Assembly: GCA_050633245.1 (NCBI GenBank)
Contig: JBOEGD010000001.1
Span: forward strand, 304,883 to 368,882
Direction: 5' to 3'
DNA length: 64,000 bases
DNA from: Calditrichia bacterium
Lineage (GTDB): Bacteria; Calditrichota; Calditrichia; RBG-13-44-9; J075
Every line of letters begins with the position of its first letter. Position 1 is the first letter of the stretch. Made by a program: the position numbers and the translations under genes. The notes beneath the pieces were generated by a model. That model saw nothing but the letters and a program-made list of their open reading frames with translations, searched no databases and was not told the origin of the DNA. Below are positions 30,731 to 40,569 of this stretch, piece by piece.

Positions 30731-30771
30731 ATCCGAATCAGCTGCAGCAATGTAGCGCGGCTGATTCGGAT
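30731..30771. terminator. Hairpin between convergent ends
   Basis: ATCCGAATCAGCTGC...GCGGCTGATTCGGAT. Confidence 0.65.
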
Positions 30772-30800
30772 AGCGATAGATTCGTAAACGTTCTGCCTTA

Positions 30801-31105
30801 TTACTTCAGCAGCATCATTTTCTGTGTCTTCACAATATCTCCTGCTTCCAGTCGATAATAGTAAACACCACTTGCAAAGTTCGATGCGTCGAAAGAAATC
30901 TGATGCGTGCCGGCTTCTTTTAGATCGTTAACCAGAACATATACTTCGCGTCCCAAAAGATCATACACCTTAACCTTTACATGAAATCTTGCCGGAATCT
31001 GATAGCTGATCGTCGTGGACGGGTTGAACGGGTTCGGGAAATTCTGAGCCAGAACAAATTCCTGCGGTGCCACAGAAATTAGATCTTCGATACCTAAAGG
31101 TGACA
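30801..31105 (-). pseudogene. Orphan T9SS CTD fragment (3' end of a lost secreted-protein gene)
   Basis: LGIEDLISVAPQEFVLAQNFPNPFNPSTTI...KMMLLK with no signal peptide or passenger domain. Confidence 0.7.
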
Positions 31106-31107
31106 TT

Positions 31108-31468
31108 CTTCTGGCTGGGATATGAGGCCGAAAATCTGAAAGCGACACTGGACCTTGGAAAGAGTGTGGAGGTATCTAACGTAATTGTTAGTGCTTTGGC
31201 AGATAACGGCTCATGGATTTTCCATCCGGTAGGGATTCGGGTAGAGGCATCTAACGATGGTCGCAATTTTAAGCAGGTGGTCAATAAAAATATACCAATA
31301 CCTGATGAAAGCAGTCCTGCTTCACTAAAGTATTTCAGTGCAAAATTTGATTCGCAGAATGTGCGTTACCTACGCGTTACCGTTAAAAATATTATGCAAA
31401 ATCCCGAATGGCATTCCAATCCGGGAGGAAAGTCCTGGGTATTTGTCGATGAGATATTGGTGGAGTAA
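31108..31468 (+). pseudogene. 3' fragment: discoidin/F5-8-like C-terminal domain typical of glycoside hydrolases
   Basis: WLGYEAENLKATLDLG, SWIFHP, SNDG, RYLRV, SWVFVDEILVE; no plausible 5' part. Confidence 0.65.
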
Positions 31469-31472
31469 AAAG

Positions 31473-31688
31473 CTATAGCTTAAACTTTAGCTTCGGGCCG
31501 GTGAGCTGAACTGTGCGCACCCATTTCTTTTCCGTGGGAGCAGTTACATCTACTCTGGCCCTGTTCTTTTCATTTTCGAGATTTTTTTCGGCATCAAGCA
31601 GCATTTCCCCTACACCCTGAGAGCGGTGGTCAGAAGAGACATAAAACTCGTTTATCACGCCATAATTCCCGTTGGCATAAATACCCGC
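31473..31688 (-). pseudogene. Degraded GNAT acetyltransferase
   Basis: YANGNYGVINEFYVSSDHRSQGVG acetyl-CoA motif; in-frame stop upstream; the usual FYxxxGF segment is absent. Confidence 0.6.
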
Positions 31689-31749
31689 TTATAAACATCT
31701 AAGATCGCTCACTGTATCAAAAAAATATTCCGGAAAATTTGAAACAAAA

Positions 31750-31776
31750 TTTACATACATTCAGTATGTATGTAAA
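31750..31776. promoter_or_regulatory. TetR/AcrR-type operator
   Basis: TTTACATACAT-TCAGT-ATGTATGTAAA perfect 11-bp inverted repeat just before the tetR RBS. Confidence 0.8.
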
Positions 31777-31786
31777 AGGAGTAAGC

Positions 31787-32392
31787 ATGAAGAGAACAAA
31801 AGAAGCGGCATTAATTACCAGAAAACAAATAATTGAAAGGGCCGTTGAGCTCTTTCTACAAAAGGGCTTTTCGGTGACGACCCTTGATGAAATTGCAAAA
31901 CGAAGTGACGTAACACGTGGTGCAATTTACTGGCACTTTAGCGATAAACTCGACATTTTAAATGAGTTGATCGATACGCAGCATGAGGATTTATCCCAAT
32001 TGTTGAGTGACCTGTTTAACTCGGGCACCTCTACACTTGAGGGTATTGAAGGAATCATTGAAGAAATCGTTACGCATTTTTTCGAGACAAAATCATTCCA
32101 GGATTTTATAGAACTCACCCTGTTTAAAATTGAATACGCTCAGTTGGTGAAGTTGAAAACTACTAAAACAGAACTGACTGAATACTTTATCCGAAACTTC
32201 AGGCATGTCATTAAAGAAGCACAACATACTGGTCATGTTTTAAGCGATATCGATGCGAATGACGTTGCAATAACTATAACAAGCATGATAAACGGTATGT
32301 ATCGACTGTATTTTATCCTTCCTGATCAGGTTCAATCCAAAGAAAGTGCGATGCGCGCATTTACGAGCTATCTGAAATTATTAACGCCCTAA
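31787..32392 (+). CDS. TetR-family regulator, AcrR-like
   Basis: MKRTKE...TTLDEIAKRSDVTRGAIYWHF; ATG 31787 behind AAGGAG. Confidence 0.9.
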   Translation: MKRTKEAALITRKQIIERAVELFLQKGFSVTTLDEIAKRSDVTRGAIYWHFSDKLDILNELIDTQHEDLSQLLSDLFNSGTSTLEGIEGIIEEIVTHFFETKSFQDFIELTLFKIEYAQLVKLKTTKTELTEYFIRNFRHVIKEAQHTGHVLSDIDANDVAITITSMINGMYRLYFILPDQVQSKESAMRAFTSYLKLLTP

Positions 32393-32407
32393 AATTCCGG
32401 AGTTTCA

Positions 32408-33583
32408 ATGAGAAATAGAAATCTGTTAAACATGTTAATGCTATGCTGTCTGGTATTACTTATTTCAGTAATAACGGGTCAAAAGAAGCTTATGAAAAAC
32501 GATTCTGCTCAAATAACGATTCCTTTCGATTTAAGTACCCAAAGACCCGTATTTGAGCTTACGATAGACGATAAAGGACCTTATCGATTTATCTTTGACA
32601 CCGGCTCAACTACTAATGTTATAGATGTAGGATTAGCGGATGAATTAAAGCTTAAGGCAGTAGGTAAAGATACTCTACGAACTCCGGGTTCGGAGAATAT
32701 TCTTATTTCAAATAGAGTAAAAGTGTCAAAAGTTAACTTTCCCAATACCAGCATATCTGAAGATGTTGTAATGAATACTGTCGCCATTCGAGAGATGGTC
32801 GCAGTAGATGGTATTATCTGCCCTTCGTTTTTTTCAAAATTTTTGCTGACCATAGACTATCCGGGATCAACGCTGATTTTATCACTGGAGAAATTGGATC
32901 GAAGCAACATGGAGGTTGTTCCCTATGTTCAAAAGTCGGATGAGATTAATATTCATGTCACTGTGGGAGGACATCAGGCTGAGGCCCATCTGGATTCCGG
33001 AAATCCGGGTGGGTTTGCAATACCGTATTCTTTGAAAGATAAGTTAACTTTTAAAAGTGGCCCCCATGAGTCTGGTAATATTCGTACACCTGTGGGGAGC
33101 TTTAAAAGATGGAAGGCGACTTTAAACGGTGATATTAAGGTTGGAAATATTGTTTTTAAAGACCCCGAAATTAATCTGATAGAAAATTTTCAGTTTGTTA
33201 ATCTGGGATATCAGGTTGTTAAAGATTTAAGCATTACGATCGACACGAAGAATAACCTGATAAAATTTGAAAGACCTGCCAGAGAGCCCATTGCCAAAGC
33301 CCTGGAAGATAATACCGGTGACCAGAATGAATATACCGGCTGGTATGGGGGAGGGGTGAGAAGAATCCTCTTGGAAGATGGGGAGATGTATTTGCAGAGA
33401 TCGGGTGGCCCAAAGCTTAAACTTGTTCAATTAGAAGCGAATTTATATAAAATGGTTTTTGACGTTCCAGTGAGAAATGAGCTGCCAAATATTAAATTTC
33501 AAAGAGATGCAACTCATATGGTAACCGGACTTACGTTTATTTATAAGGATGGGAGAGAAGAAAACGTAAAAAAGGACATTTGA
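32408..33583 (+). CDS. Exported two-lobed retropepsin-like aspartyl protease
   Basis: FIFDTGS and HLDSGN catalytic motifs; signal peptide. Confidence 0.8.
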   Translation: MRNRNLLNMLMLCCLVLLISVITGQKKLMKNDSAQITIPFDLSTQRPVFELTIDDKGPYRFIFDTGSTTNVIDVGLADELKLKAVGKDTLRTPGSENILISNRVKVSKVNFPNTSISEDVVMNTVAIREMVAVDGIICPSFFSKFLLTIDYPGSTLILSLEKLDRSNMEVVPYVQKSDEINIHVTVGGHQAEAHLDSGNPGGFAIPYSLKDKLTFKSGPHESGNIRTPVGSFKRWKATLNGDIKVGNIVFKDPEINLIENFQFVNLGYQVVKDLSITIDTKNNLIKFERPAREPIAKALEDNTGDQNEYTGWYGGGVRRILLEDGEMYLQRSGGPKLKLVQLEANLYKMVFDVPVRNELPNIKFQRDATHMVTGLTFIYKDGREENVKKDI

Positions 33584-33734
33584 GTATTCTTTCACCGGTC
33601 TCGGAGAAAGTTAATGTCCTTTTTTAGCTGAAAAATTTGTGGAGGCAATTGTGCAGCAAACCCTTTCGCATCATATCGCCCGACAGATCTAAAATGTATC
33701 ATCTCTGGGAATTTAAATAAATGAGGCGGATTAT

Positions 33735-34988
33735 ATGATAACTTTCATTCGGCGTCACAAGTTTACAAGTGTAACCCTTTTCCTGTTCAGTGTTCTTGGG
33801 ATGCTTGCTTGCATTGTCTATCTCACAGCCGATACGATGCCTCGAGAGACTCCCGTAGACAGCAAGATCTTTGCCCGGGAATATGCAAAGGCCATCCAAT
33901 CCGCGGCTGGGAAAATCGATGAGCTTAAGCAGGGGATGGGGCTGCCGGCGGTTTCAGTTAGCGTGGGATTGAACGGTGAGGTTCTATGGGCAAGGGCAAC
34001 AGGGTTTTCCGATCTTGCAGAATCTATCCCGGTGTCGATCAACACAAAATTCAGGATCGGAAGTGTCTCCAAATCCGTTACTTCGCTGGCTCTGGGCAAA
34101 TTGTACGAGTCAGGAGATTTAGACCTGGATGCCCCTATTCAGACGTATGTTCCTTACTTTCCTGGTAAAGCTTTCCCAATCACCGCGCGTCAATTGGCAA
34201 GCCATACTGCGGGCATCCGTCACTATTCAGCCTTCTCTCTCCACTCTTTTCCACCGCACGAGACGTTCAACAACCGGCGTTACAACAGCGTACGCGAGTC
34301 GTTGACGCTATTCGAAAACGATGACCTGTTGTTCGAGCCGGGGAGTCAATTCAACTACAGCACGTACGGCTACACACTGCTCAGTGCCGCAATCGAGGGC
34401 GCAAGCGGACAGGATTTTCTGACATTCATGCAGGAAATGGTTTTCGATGATCTGAGTATGCTGAACACGGCCCCTGAGCGCAATGTGAAGCAGTTGCCAA
34501 ATACGGCGACCTTTTACATACCAATGATGGGTAGGTACCATGAAATGTTCGGTGTGAGTCTCAGTTGCAAATGGGGTGGGGGAGGATATTTGTCGACGTC
34601 TACCGATTTGGTAAAAATGGTCAATGCCTTGCTAACCCATAATTACCTTGACAGCGCGACCGTGTCGTTACTCTTCACTCCGCAAAAACTCTCTTCGGGA
34701 GAGATGAATCCGCAGAACTACAGCATGGGATGGCGGAATGCAACCGTCACTTATTCCGAGTTCAATGGAGAGCCCGAGTCTTTCCCCGTTGCGCACCATG
34801 GTGGTCAGAGCGGTGGCTCATCGGCCTTTTTACTCATCTTCCCGAAGCAAAAGCTCGTTGTTGCGATGATGACCAACATCAATCATAGCGAAAAATTCAG
34901 GAGCACCGCTTATCAGGTCGCTAAAGCGTTTCTGCTGCAAATGGAGAACTCTTTGCCAATAAAGGGTAGGAATCAAGAAGTTCGGTGA
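33735..34988 (+). CDS. Beta-lactamase-family (class C-like) serine hydrolase
   Basis: FRIGSVSK (SxxK), LASHTAGI, YSTYGY, HGG. Confidence 0.88.
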   Translation: MITFIRRHKFTSVTLFLFSVLGMLACIVYLTADTMPRETPVDSKIFAREYAKAIQSAAGKIDELKQGMGLPAVSVSVGLNGEVLWARATGFSDLAESIPVSINTKFRIGSVSKSVTSLALGKLYESGDLDLDAPIQTYVPYFPGKAFPITARQLASHTAGIRHYSAFSLHSFPPHETFNNRRYNSVRESLTLFENDDLLFEPGSQFNYSTYGYTLLSAAIEGASGQDFLTFMQEMVFDDLSMLNTAPERNVKQLPNTATFYIPMMGRYHEMFGVSLSCKWGGGGYLSTSTDLVKMVNALLTHNYLDSATVSLLFTPQKLSSGEMNPQNYSMGWRNATVTYSEFNGEPESFPVAHHGGQSGGSSAFLLIFPKQKLVVAMMTNINHSEKFRSTAYQVAKAFLLQMENSLPIKGRNQEVR

Positions 34989-35003
34989 AGACCTGCACGT
35001 TTC

Positions 35004-37241
35004 TCACCGCAGCACATCAAACAGATGACTGTACTTCAAAATCAAACCACGAAAGCGATTGTTCCAGCGATTGTTTTCATCTACACGCGTATCATTATAG
35101 ACGATGAAAAGCCCGCTGTTGGCGTCCCGCTGCCAGCCCAGGCGCACGTTCAGCGAACCGACGTCATCGCGGCTGTTCAGTTGAAATAATCCCTGTAAAT
35201 AAATCTTGGGTGTAAATGAATACGAGAAGCGTGACTGAAAGAGATTTGCTTCAAAGTCGCCCCCCGGCAAATCGACATTATTGTGGTTCAAAATGAATTC
35301 AGTTGTGAACGTTTCTTTCAGTCTCAACTTAAAGGTTGGCGTGAGTGACGTGCGATTACCGTCGAAAAAACCTCCGACAAATGCGCGCAGATGTAGACTC
35401 CACCAGTGTCCCAGATTGGTAAAGGCGACGATCTGTGCTTCGAAATGATCGTATGTCGCTGCCGGAACATCTACGCCTGGGAAAATTTCAAACGGATTGG
35501 TTACGCCTTCCTTTGTAAAGTTGATTCCGGTATGAATCTCGTAGCCATTTTTCCATTCCCAGTGATTGTCTACATGCAAAAACCCCGTTTCCTGAAAACC
35601 GTCCATATCCCAAAAACCGCGATAGCTGATATGCGGTCGCAGTTCCTGAATACCGATAAAATTCTCCGGGCGAATACGATGAAAGATCAGAAACGTCGGA
35701 TTGCGATAGGCGCTGCGACGTAAAAATCCAACCTCCGGATTAAAATTCTCGCCTACTTCGGTGTAGCTGGTAGACAGCAACCAGGATTCCGAGTTGTATT
35801 CAGCCTTTAGATTATAGGAATAATCGTCGCTCTTCAGGTTTGGCGTATTGGTAAGCGCGGCGAATCCGGAGAACAAGCCGTATTTGCCAATGCCCAGCCG
35901 TCCATCTATTGCCATGGTGCGATTGTAGTCGTCGTCGGGAGAGAAGTTGCCGGTGCCTTGTCGGTTGATAAACATACCTCCGATAGCGGAGCGATTGGGG
36001 AGTTCTTTGCTAACTCTGGCGACAGCAAAATTGTTTGCTGCAGCGCTATCTGCTTTTAGCTCATCAGTCTGCATATTGATGAGGCCCAGATTTAGTCCGG
36101 CAGCTTTGCCGGTTAGCCGCACGCCGCCAATAATCGGTACCGGAGCCCCATCATCGGAAATACCGATGCGTCTGCTAAAAAACAGCTGTGCTTCGCCGGG
36201 ATTACCAATAGAAAAGAGACCGGCATTTTCGAGGAAGAAGGGACGTTTCTCCGGAAAGAAAAGACTGAAGCGATCGAGGTTTATTTGCAGCTCGTCTGCT
36301 TCCACTTGGGCAAAATCGGTATTGTAGGTGGCGTCGAGCGTCATGCTGGAGGTCAAACTGTATTTGAGGTCAAATCCAAACTCGGCCTGTCGATCATATT
36401 CGCTGCTGTTTTCAAAATCGCGGTTTATGTCGGTAAGTACATAGGGAATCAGCTTGAGATTCTTTTGCTGAATATCCTTCAGCCCTTCCAGCTTTCCGGC
36501 GAGTGATATTTTTTGAATGTTGAACTGACGGGGCAGTTTTACCCAATAGGAACTTTCATTGCGTCGACGAATATTGCGCTGAAAATTAAGTCCCCAGATT
36601 TGGTTCTCTGCATTCGAGAAGCGTAGCGTGCGGAAGGGAATCGCGAACTCGGCGCTCCATCCGGTCTCGTTGATTTGAGCTTTTACTTCCCAGGCGCCAT
36701 CCCAATTCAGATTAAATCCGCCCGAGCCACTGCCGAATCCTCCTTCGCCCTCATTGCTGATTTGAGCGTCATATTCAATTCCGGCCGGGTTGGTTCCAAA
36801 AAGGAAACCATTTTGATCGTCGTTAAACGTATCCAGTAAAATTTGAAAGCAGTCGGTCTCGCTTAGTGAGGCATCGCGCCTGCTATCCGAGACAATGATT
36901 GCAGAAGGATCGCTGTCGTAACAGATAACGCCGAAGTAGAGGGTGCCATTGGTGTGAAGAATTCGCACCTCGGTTTTTTGAGACGCTGGCTGCTTTTCAT
37001 CGGGGGTTGTTTGCCAAAAACTACGGATCGGTTTGGCTGCTTGCCAGAGCTCTTCGTTCAAAACTTCACCGTCAATTTTTGGCGCGATGCTCACTTTCGT
37101 CGCTGAAGCCATAAAGTTATTTTCAGCTGTCTGAGAATTGGTTGCCGTTAAATCTGGAGTTTGAGCGGATAATGGGATCGCAACAGTTAGCAGCAGGGAG
37201 ATGAGACCGGTATTCAACAATTTCATTCTAACTCTTTTCAT
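35004..37241 (-). CDS. CBM9-like + DUF5916 outer-membrane protein
   Basis: APKIDG, GWSAEFAIPFRTLRF, NTDFAQVEAD, FPEKRPFFLE, FFSRRIG. Confidence 0.82.
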   Translation of the reverse strand: MKRVRMKLLNTGLISLLLTVAIPLSAQTPDLTATNSQTAENNFMASATKVSIAPKIDGEVLNEELWQAAKPIRSFWQTTPDEKQPASQKTEVRILHTNGTLYFGVICYDSDPSAIIVSDSRRDASLSETDCFQILLDTFNDDQNGFLFGTNPAGIEYDAQISNEGEGGFGSGSGGFNLNWDGAWEVKAQINETGWSAEFAIPFRTLRFSNAENQIWGLNFQRNIRRRNESSYWVKLPRQFNIQKISLAGKLEGLKDIQQKNLKLIPYVLTDINRDFENSSEYDRQAEFGFDLKYSLTSSMTLDATYNTDFAQVEADELQINLDRFSLFFPEKRPFFLENAGLFSIGNPGEAQLFFSRRIGISDDGAPVPIIGGVRLTGKAAGLNLGLINMQTDELKADSAAANNFAVARVSKELPNRSAIGGMFINRQGTGNFSPDDDYNRTMAIDGRLGIGKYGLFSGFAALTNTPNLKSDDYSYNLKAEYNSESWLLSTSYTEVGENFNPEVGFLRRSAYRNPTFLIFHRIRPENFIGIQELRPHISYRGFWDMDGFQETGFLHVDNHWEWKNGYEIHTGINFTKEGVTNPFEIFPGVDVPAATYDHFEAQIVAFTNLGHWWSLHLRAFVGGFFDGNRTSLTPTFKLRLKETFTTEFILNHNNVDLPGGDFEANLFQSRFSYSFTPKIYLQGLFQLNSRDDVGSLNVRLGWQRDANSGLFIVYNDTRVDENNRWNNRFRGLILKYSHLFDVLR

Positions 37242-37390
37242 ACAGGTTTTATACTTGAGGTGGCAATGGGGTTTGAGGTATTAAATAGTTGTCTTAAGTG
37301 AAGAATAGCTCAATTTATGGATATTCGGGAAATCTGGCAAATCTGAAGGAGGGGGGATGAAATGGAAGATTCCGTTCAGCCTGATTTTGT

Positions 37391-37415
37391 TGTCACACCG
37401 AGCGGAGTCGAAGTG
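37391..37415 (+). repeat. REP-like extragenic element, copy 1
   Basis: TGTCACACCGAGCGGAGTCGAAGTG; 21/25 identical to the reverse complement of 57518-57542. Confidence 0.7.
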
Positions 37416-37496
37416 CCTAGCTTGACAGAGGACAAGTTCTGAGTTCTCAGTTCTCAGTTTTATAATTGTAAATTAAGATAAGTTTATCCTGCAACT

Positions 37497-39113
37497 CTAA
37501 CAACTCTTAAACCGTCCAACCATGCCGATTTCGATTGGAATCTTTTCACCTGCGTTGAGACGCGCTTCTATTTCTTTGGAGGTTTTGGTAATAGACAAAC
37601 CACCCAGAGCGGTACAGCGTAAGTCATTGGGAATACTCTTGCCCACTTTGTCCATGGCCTCGATTACTTCATCGAGCGGGATCAGGTGGTCATAATTAGC
37701 CAGCGCCATGTTTGCACAGGAGAGTGCATTTGATGCGGCGAGTACATTTTTACCCAGGCAAGGGGCTTCGACGCGATTGGCGATTGGATCGCAAACCATG
37801 CCGAAAGAGTTTTGCAGCGCCATCGATGCTGCGGAGATGGATTGTGATAATCCACCACCGGCCATCTCCACCAGAGCTGCTGCGGACATACCGGCACCAG
37901 AGCCACATTCCGCCTGACAACCACCTACTTCGGCTGCAAAGGTAGCATGTGCGGCGACAAACACGCCGATGAGCCCGGCAGTAAACATCGCCCGGATAGC
38001 TTCTTCGTCGGAAAGGTTGAGTGCTTCAACAGCGCCGAGAACCGCACCGGGCATTGCTCCGCAAGAACCGGCAGTCGGCGCGGCGACGATGACGCCCATC
38101 GAGCTTTTTACTTCCATGATAGCCGAAACAGACGAGATAATGCGATTTAATACATCGCCGTGAATGAGGGTTTTATCTTCCATCTTTTTACGAAAACCGG
38201 GAGATTGGCTGCCGAGGATGCGATCACCAAATTCGGTGCCTTTCAGTCCGGTGTCGATAGCTTTGCGCATAATCGATACGATGTAGCGCATCTTTTCAAT
38301 GGCTTCCTCATGCGAGATATTGCCGCGTGCGCTTTCATAATGTAGGCCGAGTTGCCAAAGCGGTAAATTTTTATCGGAATTGTATTCGAGCATCTCATCG
38401 CAGGTGATAAATGGAACGGTTAGGTCTTTGCGGGACAGCACCGGCAGCACCGGTTCAATCTTCCTGATGCAGACAACGCCTTCCATCGCGGCAAGTTCTT
38501 CTAGAAGGTTACTCTCCGGAAAGGCTTGACCTTTAATCTCAATGTATGTGTGGTTGCCACGATGCAGCTCAACGGCATCACACTTAATATTGGCTTCGAT
38601 CCATGCCTGCACATGTTCCGGCTTCTTCACATATGTCAGCGTCTCGTAGTAATCACCCGCCATGCTAACGGCTGCACCGTCGATCTCTACAATCTCGATC
38701 ATACCGCCGCCGGTTGAAATAGCAGTGAGCGTGCGGGTCTCGCGGTAATTTTTTAGCGTAAGCGCATAGGTGTTGGGATGATCGTAGTCCAGCGGCACGA
38801 TTTGTATGTCAACCTCAATACCGGCCTTGACAATTTCTTCGCGGTAATTGGTAAGGCGTTCATCATGTGCTTCCCAGCCGAGCAGTCCGCCAAACAGTCC
38901 CATATCCGAACCCTGACTCTCATGCGTGGTTGCCAACGAACCGTGTGGATCGAACCGTACTTCAATGCTCTCGATTTTGCCATCCATTAGATCCAGACAA
39001 ATGCGCCCGATGCGCAGCGCCGCTGCACAGTGTGAACTGGACGGGCCACGCATAACCGGACCAAGAACATCATTAAAAATACTGGGATAATTCATCTGAT
39101 TGGGATTGCTCAT
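37497..39113 (-). CDS. Fe-S-dependent L-serine ammonia-lyase, fused beta+alpha chain
   Basis: GPVMRGPSSSH, STGGG, AAPTAGSCG, GGCQAECG, CDPIANRVEAPC. Confidence 0.9.
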   Translation of the reverse strand: MSNPNQMNYPSIFNDVLGPVMRGPSSSHCAAALRIGRICLDLMDGKIESIEVRFDPHGSLATTHESQGSDMGLFGGLLGWEAHDERLTNYREEIVKAGIEVDIQIVPLDYDHPNTYALTLKNYRETRTLTAISTGGGMIEIVEIDGAAVSMAGDYYETLTYVKKPEHVQAWIEANIKCDAVELHRGNHTYIEIKGQAFPESNLLEELAAMEGVVCIRKIEPVLPVLSRKDLTVPFITCDEMLEYNSDKNLPLWQLGLHYESARGNISHEEAIEKMRYIVSIMRKAIDTGLKGTEFGDRILGSQSPGFRKKMEDKTLIHGDVLNRIISSVSAIMEVKSSMGVIVAAPTAGSCGAMPGAVLGAVEALNLSDEEAIRAMFTAGLIGVFVAAHATFAAEVGGCQAECGSGAGMSAAALVEMAGGGLSQSISAASMALQNSFGMVCDPIANRVEAPCLGKNVLAASNALSCANMALANYDHLIPLDEVIEAMDKVGKSIPNDLRCTALGGLSITKTSKEIEARLNAGEKIPIEIGMVGRFKSC

Positions 39114-39417
39114 GATGTTGTCCTCTTATAATTCACATATATAAACGATACCCCATAAAAACGGATTTGGCAAATGAAATTCGTTGGTGAGGTATGAAGG
39201 ATTGTTTGTCGTAGCGTTATAAAAGAATTAGATGATAATTGATCTTCTTATATCAATAACTTTTTTAGGCAGTCCAGGCAAAGAAAACGATTTGTTCTTC
39301 TAAATAGAGATTTGTAGGTTATTACACTGATTGAAAATGATTCAAATAAAGTCTGCTGCCGGAACCCGCCTGGATCGTTCCTGCCTTAGCTTTTGAACCT
39401 TATTTGGAGGGGATGCA

Positions 39418-40491
39418 ATGAAGTTAACTCTATCTCTGATGCTGATAGTTTTGGTCGGCTGTTCGGGGAGTTCTAAATTGTCTAAAGCAAGTATTGAGAA
39501 CGATCAGCTGATTGTATTTGTCAAAGATAAAGGATCTATTGTTCTTACAAATGCGACCGGCCAGTTCGAAAAAAAGATCTATGAATCAGATCATCAGGTG
39601 CTGTATGCAGCTTGGTCCAACAATGATAGCCTGATTGTATTTTGGGAAAAGAATGAAGAGGAAAACGACGTTTTTTTGAAAGCTATTCGAACAGCGGAGT
39701 TGCCTACAGAAACCGCCCAAACTATTGTTTCGGATGCAAAACATAAGTTTCTGAAATTCAATTTTGTAGATAATGATGAGATCGTTTATTGCGATCTTGC
39801 CGGACTGGTTCATTGCGATTTCGTTTCCAAAAGACATCGATTTGTTAAGGATACGAAGGTCGAGAGTTTTGAATATTCCAAGGTGCTCCATGCGGTATTC
39901 TTTTCGAACGACTCTGCGCTGATGAAAGTAAATCTTAAAACCAAACAGGTGTTAAAACTAGTCGACTCAAAAGATAAAAGCATAACGAATATCTCTGTTT
40001 CGCAAGACGGAACCAGGCTGTTTTATGCCAAGGAAAGCGAACTTTATGTGATAGAAACCACTGCTCCGTACCGCGTGCTGTCGCAACAGAAACTAGTCTC
40101 TCCGGTCTACTGGGTTACATGGATAGGCTCGGAGGAAGTGCTTGTTCAAGCTGGTCACATTACTAAAAATCATATGATGTCGAATAAGAACTTTCTGGAA
40201 CCAACACGCAGGAGCAAGCGATCTCTTGGGAGCATGGCTTTCTATCGATTTAATCTGTCGAGTGGACTAGTGCAAAAAGTTTTTAATAAATCCGAATCGG
40301 TCTCGTTGGCGAATCCATCTTTATCGGCGAATAAAAAGTATCTTACCTTTGTTTCAAATACGCTGAAGTCAACGCGAAAAGTTCACTTGCTTTCTCTGGC
40401 AGAAGGTAAAGCTGCTCAGATTTCAAAAAAGGGTTTAGCGTATTCACCGGGCTGGCAAAATACAAATCAGAAAGTGTTGACTGAGGAGTAA
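39418..40491 (+). CDS. Lipoprotein, TolB-like beta-propeller
   Basis: LVGC lipobox; SQDG, PSLSANKKYL, SPGW repeats; GGAGG RBS. Confidence 0.65.
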   Translation: MKLTLSLMLIVLVGCSGSSKLSKASIENDQLIVFVKDKGSIVLTNATGQFEKKIYESDHQVLYAAWSNNDSLIVFWEKNEEENDVFLKAIRTAELPTETAQTIVSDAKHKFLKFNFVDNDEIVYCDLAGLVHCDFVSKRHRFVKDTKVESFEYSKVLHAVFFSNDSALMKVNLKTKQVLKLVDSKDKSITNISVSQDGTRLFYAKESELYVIETTAPYRVLSQQKLVSPVYWVTWIGSEEVLVQAGHITKNHMMSNKNFLEPTRRSKRSLGSMAFYRFNLSSGLVQKVFNKSESVSLANPSLSANKKYLTFVSNTLKSTRKVHLLSLAEGKAAQISKKGLAYSPGWQNTNQKVLTEE

Positions 40492-40569
40492 TATTTTCAT
40501 GTTATCTGTCTTAAGAGAAGGCAGGAGGATGTTCCGGAGTATTCGGCAATCTAACCGTATCAATTCATT

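Noticed and set aside
31067-31148. Overlapping divergent ORF starts as a true gene overlap
   Set aside because: The N-terminal extensions are read-through into the other fragment's antisense strand; domain similarity stops at about 31105
33735-34988. Bona fide beta-lactam resistance gene
   Set aside because: Motifs fit the broad serine hydrolase family; YST replaces YxN and the substrate cannot be inferred
37497-39113. Fused serine dehydratase as a novelty
   Set aside because: Single-chain beta-alpha forms are well known
39284-39298. AAAACGATTTGTT shared with about 55711, as a possible LacI-type site
   Set aside because: Short, AT-rich, only two copies and in unrelated contexts; could be chance
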